A DNA stretch of 42,056 nt from a virus (IMGVR_UViG_3300037722_000331:1-42056), one strand, 5' to 3'; positions 29,485 to 37,028 are shown, counted from the stretch's first letter. Made by a program: numbers and translations. Notes: generated by a model from the sequence alone, not told the origin.

Positions 29485-29739
29485 ATGACCATGACAACGC
29501 GAACACAAGATCAAGAAGAGGCGGATTTTTACGAGGCGCACGCACTCCTGACCAGTCTGTCGAAAGAGCAATTAGTCGCCTTAGCGATTGTAAAATGGGG
29601 CGAGAAACATGGGCCAGAAGGCACGGCCCCGCGCGACCACGCCGACAAAATTAACAGACAACTAGCGCGCGAGTGCTCTAAAAACGAATTGATTTTAGAA
29701 TTGTCAGCCTATTTAGCGCATGGCGAACTCATAAAGTGA
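29485..29739 (+). CDS. Early hypothetical protein
   Basis: GAGGA SD (start 29485 or 29491); its TGA stop is supplied by R4. Confidence 0.75.
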   Translation: MTMTTRTQDQEEADFYEAHALLTSLSKEQLVALAIVKWGEKHGPEGTAPRDHADKINRQLARECSKNELILELSAYLAHGELIK

Positions 29740-29783
29740 CCGGCTTACAGGGGATCATTCAAGGTCCCTTGTTTGGCGATCAT
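29736..29783 (+). repeat. Structured intergenic repeat R4
   Basis: GTGA CCGG CTT ACAGGGGATC attcaa GGTCCCTTGT TTGG CGA TCAT. Confidence 0.95.
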
Positions 29784-29806
29784 GCCACGAAGAAAGGGAC
29801 TATACC

Positions 29807-30163
29807 ATGATAGAGAAGCCTGTCTTAGACCTTATCATCGCCCGCGCCGTCCTTCCAGAAGTATTCGGAAAAAGCGAGGGAGATGATCCACACCTTTTAC
29901 TGCAAACCCGCTTAGCTAAGCACTTTAATGGGTGGACCGGGTGGCCTTCCGTTGGCGGGTGGCGGAACGGCGAAGGGGAAATTGAGACGGAACAAAGCCG
30001 CACCTACGAGGTGGCCATTTCCATACACGACAGAAACGTCTTCCGGGATATTATCGCCCAATGGGGACACGCCTACGGACAAGAAAGCGTTTATGTCGTG
30101 GTGGACGGCAAGGCTAATCTCCTCCCTACGAAAGACCGGGACTACTCAGTGGTCCGTGACTAA
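29807..30163 (+). CDS. DUF3574 / SAM-lyase-like (PII-fold) early protein
   Basis: F.GWT....GGW...GE...E.S...V...YGQESVYV pattern. Confidence 0.5.
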   Translation: MIEKPVLDLIIARAVLPEVFGKSEGDDPHLLLQTRLAKHFNGWTGWPSVGGWRNGEGEIETEQSRTYEVAISIHDRNVFRDIIAQWGHAYGQESVYVVVDGKANLLPTKDRDYSVVRD

Positions 30164-30213
30164 GTGACCGGCTTACAGGGGATCGATAACATGGTCCCCT
30201 GTTTGGTGATCAC
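30164..30213 (+). repeat. Structured intergenic repeat R5
   Basis: GTGA CCGG CTT ACAGGGGATC gataacat GGTCCCCTGT TTGG TGA TCAC. Confidence 0.95.
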
Positions 30214-30237
30214 GCCATAAAGAAAGGAAGCTAAGCT

Positions 30238-30624
30238 ATGTCACACTTTTATGCACGTATCCCGGTATCCGACCGGGTTAACGCTCCTACGGCTTGCGGA
30301 TCGAAAGCCGGCGGTATAGCTGTCCAAGCGCAAACTTGGTTAGGCCGCATCGTGGTGGACCTGTCACACGATAAGGAAACGGGCCTCGATAATTTCATCA
30401 TCGGGAGTTACAGTAACCCCGAGGGCTATGGCGGTCCTGAATTTATTCAATATATCGCGAAGGGGGTAGTTGGCCAACGTATCCCTTCCGTGTTAGACGC
30501 GGCGAGCATAATCAATGACGCTTTAATCTATCTGGAAAGCGCCAGCGAACCCGGAACACCCGCCGAGGGCGTGCTAAAACGCGCCAAAGAATTTATGGGA
30601 GCGTTCACCAATGACAAGGCTTGA
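30238..30624 (+). CDS. Early hypothetical protein
   Basis: AAAGGA SD; MSHFY start. Confidence 0.75.
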   Translation: MSHFYARIPVSDRVNAPTACGSKAGGIAVQAQTWLGRIVVDLSHDKETGLDNFIIGSYSNPEGYGGPEFIQYIAKGVVGQRIPSVLDAASIINDALIYLESASEPGTPAEGVLKRAKEFMGAFTNDKA

Positions 30625-30967
30625 GATTAAAAAATGCGAAGACATGGTGCATCTGGTATATACGGGGCCGGGTGCTAGGTGCGCTATGATCGCAAAAGGC
30701 CCGGCCAAGGTGCGCCCCTTCATGGAGAACGCCGTCAGGGAGTTCTCAAAGCAACAGCCCTCTCGCGACAAAGGGGGCTATATCACTCGGCGAGTATTCG
30801 AAGAGGCGATAGCATGGGTTCTGGTATTCGGCGGTTCGTCCCTTAAGGCCAAACAATTGCAGGATGTTCAGGCGGGGCGGGAGATTAATTTGACGCGAAC
30901 CTGTCAAGGCGATAAGGTCGGCGATAGAGTTCGCGCAACATGGAGAAAGGCGCATGGCTATGAATAG
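30611..30967 (+). CDS. Hypothetical protein
   Basis: GGGAG SD; overlapping gene chain. Confidence 0.6.
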   Translation: MTRLEIKKCEDMVHLVYTGPGARCAMIAKGPAKVRPFMENAVREFSKQQPSRDKGGYITRRVFEEAIAWVLVFGGSSLKAKQLQDVQAGREINLTRTCQGDKVGDRVRATWRKAHGYE

Positions 30968-31196
30968 GGAATTGAAAGCTAACTTGTGTTTCTTCGGAGC
31001 GCTAGGGCTATTCCTTTTAGCGGGCGAGCTGTGGAGCGACCATCATCAGGATGTCGCGCTGGTTGCGGGGTTCTTTGCATGGGGACTGGGGCGAAAGGCG
31101 TGGGAGCTAATGCCGGAGCTGCCAGAAGAGCACTACGATGATGCTTGCAGCGCTAAAGAGATTGCAGAGGCTTTCAGGAAAAGGTGGCAGAGATGA
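30954..31196 (+). CDS. Small two-TM membrane protein
   Basis: Two hydrophobic segments; overlapping gene chain. Confidence 0.6.
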   Translation: MAMNRELKANLCFFGALGLFLLAGELWSDHHQDVALVAGFFAWGLGRKAWELMPELPEEHYDDACSAKEIAEAFRKRWQR

Positions 31197-31459
31197 AAAC
31201 GTTTAGAAACAGAGAAGGCCGGACTTTACAGCCTGGCACTTGGTATAATTTTGGCGGTAATATATCGCTTATGCTATTTGCCAAGCGGAAGAACTCAAAG
31301 CGCTGGAGCTATGCGATGCGCTGTGACACGACAGGAGAGATCACACATACGAAAGGACCTGCCAGCGAAGATGCGGTCTCTATGGGGCTGTATCGCTCGG
31401 CAACGCCCGTAGGCTATGCGTCTTTCTGCTTTGGGAGGGATTTCCATGAAGAAGAGTAA
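31193..31459 (+). CDS. Hypothetical protein
   Basis: ATGA coupling at 31193. Confidence 0.6.
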   Translation: MKTFRNREGRTLQPGTWYNFGGNISLMLFAKRKNSKRWSYAMRCDTTGEITHTKGPASEDAVSMGLYRSATPVGYASFCFGRDFHEEE

Positions 31460-31637
31460 TCTGGAGCCACGCGTCTATAAAACGGCGCGCGGGGCCGAAC
31501 GGCGATACGCGGTCCTGTCTGCACAGTGGCCGGATAGGCGTTTCTGCATCGCGGCGGCCGGCAAGGGCCTCTACCCTTGGAGATGGGCGGTTCACTGCTT
31601 CGATGAGAAAGCCCAACGGTGGGTAATATGTACGTGA
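31446..31637 (+). CDS. Hypothetical protein (63 aa)
   Basis: GGAGG SD before ATG 31446. Confidence 0.55.
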   Translation: MKKSNLEPRVYKTARGAERRYAVLSAQWPDRRFCIAAAGKGLYPWRWAVHCFDEKAQRWVICT

Positions 31638-31855
31638 CATCGGCGCACTGGACCATAAACGGATACACAATCACGTCATGGGGCAATGGGCTATCCTATG
31701 GCATAGTGGCCCCAGACGGGCGATCCTGCTATCTAGACGGCGATGATGCAAGTCTATGGCGCGCTGCTTATGATGCGGCGGATGAGACGGTGGAGGGAGC
31801 GGGGCGGTTTCTGGCGGAAACTGTGGCGGATTATCAACTGGAAGGGAGGGGATAA
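31628..31855 (+). CDS. Hypothetical protein
   Basis: Overlapping gene chain; start 31619 or 31628. Confidence 0.55.
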   Translation: MYVTSAHWTINGYTITSWGNGLSYGIVAPDGRSCYLDGDDASLWRAAYDAADETVEGAGRFLAETVADYQLEGRG

Positions 31856-31856
31856 T

Positions 31857-31943
31857 ATGTCAGTAACCTATGAGGAATTAGACGCGATCCGCGCCCGGTA
31901 CGGTAGTACCAAATGCTGGAGGAGAATGGACGATGAAGAATGA
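31857..31943 (+). CDS. 28-aa peptide
   Basis: GGAGG SD; fills the gap up to the recombinase. Confidence 0.45.
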   Translation: MSVTYEELDAIRARYGSTKCWRRMDDEE

Positions 31944-32763
31944 CACCCTATCCCCTTGGTTAGCCTTTGGGCTTGACTTTTATCAAGATAGCCCTACAAG
32001 GCTCGCAGCGCTTCACTGGTGCGCGTCTTCTGGCGAGCTACCTGCCTACCTAGAAACCCTAAGACCGCACCACGGGGCTAGGTTGCGCCATGCTATGGGC
32101 TATCTATCGCCGGCAACTCAACGGCTCTACTATCAAACCTTCCTAGGCGTTCTGAAGGCGGCGCGGATCGACTTGCAAGGTTGGCCTAAAGCTCCCAGAG
32201 TCCCCAACATCAAGCGCCGTGATCCGCTCGAAGAGGACGATCTACAAAATGTCCTTAATTGGCTCAGGGGGCGAAAATGGCATAGGACGGCGGCGCTAGG
32301 CTATTTGCTCAGACATACAGGTATGCGGGCTGACAAGGAAGCCCTCCACTCGGCCCTTCACATATCGAGGATCACGCCCGCAGAGGGCAAGCCCTACGTG
32401 CTGCTTGAGATTGACAAGGGCAAAGGGGACGATTATAGGGCCGTGCCTGTCACAGACCCTACGGCGGCAAGCATCCTGGCAAATTCCGAGGTGATGCACC
32501 ATATCAGGCAGACACCTTATTCGACGCATCGGCAGCGTTGGAAGATGGCGGTTGACACGCTTGGAATTAAGTCTAAGCTGCCAACGCTTCATTCGCTACG
32601 GCACGCTTATGCCACTGACTGTTATCGCAAGACGGGAGACCTCACCGCAGTGCAGCACCTTCTGGGACACAAAGACGTGAACACGACGACGCGGTATCTG
32701 GCAGTCAGAACGCATCAGGACCTCGCTGACGCTTTATCAGCTACCATACAGGCGATAGCATGA
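31933..32763 (+). CDS. Tyrosine recombinase / integrase (compact, Xer-like)
   Basis: Full catalytic set: TGMR, GKG..R.VP, HSLRH, LLGH....TTRY. Confidence 0.95.
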   Translation: MKNDTLSPWLAFGLDFYQDSPTRLAALHWCASSGELPAYLETLRPHHGARLRHAMGYLSPATQRLYYQTFLGVLKAARIDLQGWPKAPRVPNIKRRDPLEEDDLQNVLNWLRGRKWHRTAALGYLLRHTGMRADKEALHSALHISRITPAEGKPYVLLEIDKGKGDDYRAVPVTDPTAASILANSEVMHHIRQTPYSTHRQRWKMAVDTLGIKSKLPTLHSLRHAYATDCYRKTGDLTAVQHLLGHKDVNTTTRYLAVRTHQDLADALSATIQAIA

Positions 32764-32987
32764 GCATCCGGGCTATACTCAATATCAGAGGGTTTTCACA
32801 TGACTTCTGGTTTGATGAGAAGAGCGAGAGCGATCTCATAAGCAGGCTTAATTCTACGGGCTTTACGAGGGTGTATAAGCAAGACCCTTCGGAAGTTAAG
32901 CTGACAAACTGGCCGCTTTATACAGCACCGTGGCATTACATTCGCTGTGAGGAAGTCTCTATTATCCAGATCACTGAGATCAAATAA
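32760..32987 (+). CDS. Hypothetical protein
   Basis: ATGA coupling to the recombinase. Confidence 0.6.
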   Translation: MSIRAILNIRGFSHDFWFDEKSESDLISRLNSTGFTRVYKQDPSEVKLTNWPLYTAPWHYIRCEEVSIIQITEIK

Positions 32988-32998
32988 GGAACCGTGCA

Positions 32999-33949
32999 AT
33001 GGGCGAATGCTATATAACATACCCCAATGGAGCCACCCGTGACATCAGAGACCATGTCGCCGAGAACCTTGCAATGTCAGCGGGAAGCGGATCAAAGGGA
33101 TTGTGCGATAGGAAGGAGGATGAAGAGCCTTCAGTCGGGAAATGCAAATCCGATCTTGCAGCGGTGGGTGGGAAAGTCAGTAGAGCCCTGCGCGCGAAGG
33201 ATGCGAGACGTAGCAAGGGCGTGGGCGGAAAAGGAGTGGATTACGGTTGGGGAGCTTTTGACGACGGATGTATTCGGCTTGGCATCGGCGTCTCAACATT
33301 CCCATTCGCTGACACCGTTGCTGCTCTGGTGTTTGCAGGGCTCATCAAGAGCAACTATGCAACCAGGCTCCTCTACTCCAATGTCCTTCTCGAACGACTT
33401 AATGCTTACGGCAGTGGGGTCTCTGATCTCAGGTATCGTGCTAAAGAGCGCGCGGGGGGCGGAGAGTGTAACCCTGAACTCCTGTCTATCCTCTATGAGT
33501 ATCTCACTGCGAGAAACTTTGATTGGGCAGTGGTTGACCGAGTTTCAGGGGCAGGAAACGCTGCTCGGCCTGAAAAGAGAAACCTACGCCTGGAAAAAGC
33601 TGCGACAATTATCGCATCCGAGTCGTTTGTTGATCGCACAAGTAAAGCCTCAGCTAGAGTCACAGTCCCGAGGCGAGATCGATTTGGAAGCCCTTGGACA
33701 CCGTACCATCCTCAAGGTGTTTCAGCAGGTACGGGGCGAGGAGCAGCCGCGCCAGATCAGCATGAAGGCAATACCCACAGAGAACGACTGGAAGGTCCTT
33801 TCTATCGCCCAAATGACCTTAGGCGAGGACCAGCAAAACCATGCCTTGTGGACTACGTTTTCCCTGCTCATGCTCTGTATTATTCAGAGGGAGTTGGGAT
33901 GGATCGACATCGTTTCGGGGCGGCCAACTGGGAAGCGCGCGAAGAATAA
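32999..33949 (+). CDS. Candidate overprinted gene in the RNAP N-terminal region
   Basis: 316 stop-free codons in the -1 frame; TAAGGA SD 8 nt upstream of ATG. Confidence 0.45.
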   Translation: MGECYITYPNGATRDIRDHVAENLAMSAGSGSKGLCDRKEDEEPSVGKCKSDLAAVGGKVSRALRAKDARRSKGVGGKGVDYGWGAFDDGCIRLGIGVSTFPFADTVAALVFAGLIKSNYATRLLYSNVLLERLNAYGSGVSDLRYRAKERAGGGECNPELLSILYEYLTARNFDWAVVDRVSGAGNAARPEKRNLRLEKAATIIASESFVDRTSKASARVTVPRRDRFGSPWTPYHPQGVSAGTGRGAAAPDQHEGNTHRERLEGPFYRPNDLRRGPAKPCLVDYVFPAHALYYSEGVGMDRHRFGAANWEAREE

Positions 33950-35756
33950 AGGACGGCAGCGCTATGTTATCCTGACAGAGGAAGCGGCCGTGGCAATCGG
34001 TAAAGATGCTCATGCGTGGGCTCAGATGGGATGGTATGATCAGCCTATGCTGACACCCCCTGAAAAAGGAGACTACCTGACTGTGAAACACCGCCCTATC
34101 TCCAATAGAGCCGCCCCCTCAAAGCACTCCATCACGAAAGCCGAGGAGTCGTGGCAATGGGAGACTGCTTGCGATGTTCTCGCGAGCACACCGTGGCGCG
34201 TGAACTCCTGGGCCGTGCAAGAAGCAATGGCAAACGATAGCCTTACTCCTCGGGAGCGTGTCATCGTCGCGGATCATGCTCGCCTGGGAAATGCGCCCTT
34301 CTGGTTGCCTATAATGATGGACTTCCGGGGTCGGGTCTATCCGAGGACAGCGACGGTCAGCTATCAAGGGTCCGATCTCCAGAAATCCCTTCTTATGTTC
34401 AATCCCTTGAAGGGAGACGGTAGCCTTGCGCAGGCTCCTCTTGACGTGCAGTGGGCTGTAAAGCGTCACATGATATGCTTAGAAGGAAAATGGGATAAGA
34501 GTATAAAACAAGAACAGATACACGCGCAACATGGTATTATTTGGGAAGAGCCTCATCAGTTTTGGGCGCATAGGCGGCTTATACAGGAAGGGCTCTGGAA
34601 TAGCATCCCCATTCAAATCGATGGCACATGCAATGGCCTTCAGCACATTTCAGCGATGTTCGCCGACGAAGTAGCCGCTCCCTGCGTGAACCTTTGCAAC
34701 CACGACGCTCCTCAGGATATTTATGGCAAGGTCGCGAAAGAGGTGGAGTTCCGGCTGAATGACATCGCTTTCTGCGCCGATGCTGAAGACGGGTGGGCCG
34801 GGCGCTTGCTGCACTGTGGGGCTGACCTCGGCAGGAAGCTGATGAAGAAGCCGGTTATGACTCTGCCTTACGGGGCCACCATGAGGGGAGTCGCCGACTT
34901 TCTGCTTGAAGGACTTATTGAGCAAAAGCCGTCTCCTACGCCTTGGCGGGAATGTCTGACCTGGGACACACTGGAATGTCGGTGGGTCAGAGATAGTGTG
35001 GAGATATCCCACGATGCCCTTGCCTTCGCCGACCGCGAGCTTGCACGGCATCCACTATTCCGGGCCGATGTCAATCGCCTGTCCGCAGTGGTATGGAAAG
35101 CCATAGAGGCTACCCTGCCCCGTGCAATGGCCGCCATGAGCACTTTCAGGAAGCTGGCCGGCGGGGTCGGGGAACACGTTCTCGCGTGGGAGACGGGGCC
35201 TGAGAGCAGAAGCCTAGTTGTCAGGCAGGCCAAAGCACAGGCGTATATCAAACGGATGCGCTTGATGAGCTTGCATCTGCCCAACAGCATTAGGACATTG
35301 CAAACCCTGGTAGGCCGCGATGAGGTGGACGCGAGGTATCACCGCAACGGGATCATCGCCAACTTCATTCACTCGCAGGATGCCGACCATATGGCGAGGA
35401 CCATGCGTCTGTTCCGTAAGCATGGGGGCACCTGCTTTGGGGCCGCGCACGACTGCTTCTCTGCAAGGGCCATGGAGATACCCATCCTGCATTGGGCTAC
35501 CCGTATGGCGTTCCTGGAGAAGTACGCTGGCGAACCGACTAAGGGGGATCGTAGAGACGCCGCTCTCCTTGGCGAACCGGCCAATCCCAATCATCCTCTT
35601 AACCAGAGAATTTCCATCCTCGATCACCGCACGGGGGCCATAGTCTCCGAATACGACAACTGGTACCGCTTCGCGGACGCCATGAAGGTATCCTTCCCGG
35701 ACAGGGGGAGCTTCGATCTCAAGGAGGTGCTCGGCAGTGAGTGGTTCTTCTCATAA
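33027..35756 (+). CDS. Single-subunit DNA-dependent RNA polymerase (T7 gp1-like)
   Basis: PMLTPP, DFRGRVYP, motif A DGTCNGLQH, motif B RKLMKKPVMTLPYG, NFIHSQD, motif C HDCF, C-terminal WFFS. Start codon uncertain. Confidence 0.96.
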   Translation: MEPPVTSETMSPRTLQCQREADQRDCAIGRRMKSLQSGNANPILQRWVGKSVEPCARRMRDVARAWAEKEWITVGELLTTDVFGLASASQHSHSLTPLLLWCLQGSSRATMQPGSSTPMSFSNDLMLTAVGSLISGIVLKSARGAESVTLNSCLSSMSISLRETLIGQWLTEFQGQETLLGLKRETYAWKKLRQLSHPSRLLIAQVKPQLESQSRGEIDLEALGHRTILKVFQQVRGEEQPRQISMKAIPTENDWKVLSIAQMTLGEDQQNHALWTTFSLLMLCIIQRELGWIDIVSGRPTGKRAKNKGRQRYVILTEEAAVAIGKDAHAWAQMGWYDQPMLTPPEKGDYLTVKHRPISNRAAPSKHSITKAEESWQWETACDVLASTPWRVNSWAVQEAMANDSLTPRERVIVADHARLGNAPFWLPIMMDFRGRVYPRTATVSYQGSDLQKSLLMFNPLKGDGSLAQAPLDVQWAVKRHMICLEGKWDKSIKQEQIHAQHGIIWEEPHQFWAHRRLIQEGLWNSIPIQIDGTCNGLQHISAMFADEVAAPCVNLCNHDAPQDIYGKVAKEVEFRLNDIAFCADAEDGWAGRLLHCGADLGRKLMKKPVMTLPYGATMRGVADFLLEGLIEQKPSPTPWRECLTWDTLECRWVRDSVEISHDALAFADRELARHPLFRADVNRLSAVVWKAIEATLPRAMAAMSTFRKLAGGVGEHVLAWETGPESRSLVVRQAKAQAYIKRMRLMSLHLPNSIRTLQTLVGRDEVDARYHRNGIIANFIHSQDADHMARTMRLFRKHGGTCFGAAHDCFSARAMEIPILHWATRMAFLEKYAGEPTKGDRRDAALLGEPANPNHPLNQRISILDHRTGAIVSEYDNWYRFADAMKVSFPDRGSFDLKEVLGSEWFFS

Positions 35757-36045
35757 TAACGACGGCGATGGGGGCTCAGCTATTACGGACTACTTCGAGG
35801 TATTCGAGCAGGTTGCCGAGGCGGTGGTGGATACGCTCTCAGTGATCGTCACCGAGGAGACACGTTCGCCGGAACTCCGCGATGTAGTCCAGCAGGTGCT
35901 CACTCAGATACTCATCAACTTCATCACCAACACGACAGACAATGAGTTCACGGCTCACTTCCGCAGCAAGATGGCAATCGATCATATCAAGGCTGAGATC
36001 GCGAAGGCTATCGGCGCAGATGAACTCGGTATGTGGGAAGATTAG
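35737..36045 (+). CDS. Acidic hypothetical protein
   Basis: AAGGAGG SD before GTG 35737. Confidence 0.6.
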   Translation: MSGSSHNNDGDGGSAITDYFEVFEQVAEAVVDTLSVIVTEETRSPELRDVVQQVLTQILINFITNTTDNEFTAHFRSKMAIDHIKAEIAKAIGADELGMWED

Positions 36046-36109
36046 CCATAGCGGGAGGATTAATAGGGTACGATCCCTCTTGAGGAGAGCGATGGCTCTT
36101 CGATCCCCC

Positions 36110-36138
36110 TTGACACCCGCCTATTTAACGATTAGGTT
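36110..36138 (+). promoter_or_regulatory. Sigma70-type promoter
   Basis: TTGACA-N17-TAGGTT, then GAGGAGG SD and ATG 36177. Confidence 0.7.
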
Positions 36139-36176
36139 ACTTAGGCAACAACACAGCAATAGAGGAGGCCCGCCAG

Positions 36177-36587
36177 ATGGGCAGACACAGCGACGAAACG
36201 ATTGAGGGGACAGAGTCCCTTGAAAGCGAACTTGAGGTTATTGAGGTTATTGAGGGGGATTGCGTTGAAATCCTCAATGAGCCCTCCACGAGAGCCCGCC
36301 CTGCCAGACACTGCGCGGAGTGCGGTCTGGAGTTCACCCCCATCGCCAACAATGGCCGGTTCTGCTGCGCTCAGCACCGCCGGGACTATGGCAATAGGGA
36401 GCAGCTTCGAGGGGCTCAGCTATTGCGGGTCGCCTACCATCACCGGCGGCTGGCCTCGGGCTCGACTCCCGAAGACCGGAAAGACTCAGGAGCATACCTG
36501 AGCGCCATGTCCAGGATGATCGACGGGTGGATCAGGGAGGACCTTCGCGAGAGCCGGATGCCTCCGCTGCGGCCGGGCGATCTTTAA
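36177..36587 (+). CDS. Zinc-ribbon protein, possible regulator
   Basis: CAECG..F.P.....FCC..HR; own promoter. Confidence 0.7.
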   Translation: MGRHSDETIEGTESLESELEVIEVIEGDCVEILNEPSTRARPARHCAECGLEFTPIANNGRFCCAQHRRDYGNREQLRGAQLLRVAYHHRRLASGSTPEDRKDSGAYLSAMSRMIDGWIREDLRESRMPPLRPGDL

Positions 36588-36588
36588 G

Positions 36589-36807
36589 ATGGGCAAAGCG
36601 ATCAGGCTCCTCAAGGGGATCGCTCTCCTCAAGGCGATTATCGCGCTTCCTCTGCTCCTTCTTGGATGGCTCCTCTACTGGCCCACGGTTGGGGTGATCT
36701 GGCTCGTGGACCGGGCAGGGTTTATCCTGGTGCCTGTCATCATGGTGGGGATGGGACTGGGAGCGTGGTATGTCATCATCCGCGCCATCCTTCACGTGCT
36801 CTCATGA
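36589..36807 (+). CDS. Small membrane protein
   Basis: 72 aa, almost entirely hydrophobic. Confidence 0.6.
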   Translation: MGKAIRLLKGIALLKAIIALPLLLLGWLLYWPTVGVIWLVDRAGFILVPVIMVGMGLGAWYVIIRAILHVLS

Positions 36808-36995
36808 ATGGGAGTGGGAAATAGTGGTTGTGGTGGCCCTACTATTCTCCTGGCTTGAACTTGTGGGTCTTGATGGCTGTCCTCCTGAAGAAGCTACCAG
36901 ATATGGTATGCCCTAGGAAGATGGGTTTGAGATAAATCAAGGACTTATCCTTCTAGACCTACCAGATGTAGTAGGTCACCTCATAGATGACCCCA

Positions 36996-37028
36996 CTTTG
37001 TTACCATAATAGAGGACTAGGAAGCGAT
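36996..37028 (+). promoter_or_regulatory. Candidate phage RNAP promoter, copy 1
   Basis: CTTTGTTACCATAATAGAGGACTAGGAAGCGAT; 32/33 identical to 38496-38528. Confidence 0.65.

Noticed and set aside
28899-29654. Alternative ORFs 28899-29222, 29424-29654 and GTG starts inside the repeats
   Set aside because: These are by-products of the 15-bp tandem repeat and the repeat GTG. The SD-supported starts lie downstream of each repeat.
28582-30213. CRISPR array
   Set aside because: The intervening sequences are 240-510 bp with full ORFs and SDs, and no cas genes are present.
28582-30213. Canonical integron attC sites or known self-cleaving ribozymes
   Set aside because: No RYYYAAC/GTTRRRY ends, no IntI insertion in the recombinase, and no hammerhead or other ribozyme core recognised.
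33008-33040. dif-like attP on the minus strand
   Set aside because: There is a partial XerD-arm resemblance only; the XerC arm and spacing do not fit.
36085-36112. tRNA fragment as attP (TTCGATCCCC)
   Set aside because: No T-stem or acceptor-stem pairing; better explained as part of the 13-bp direct repeat.
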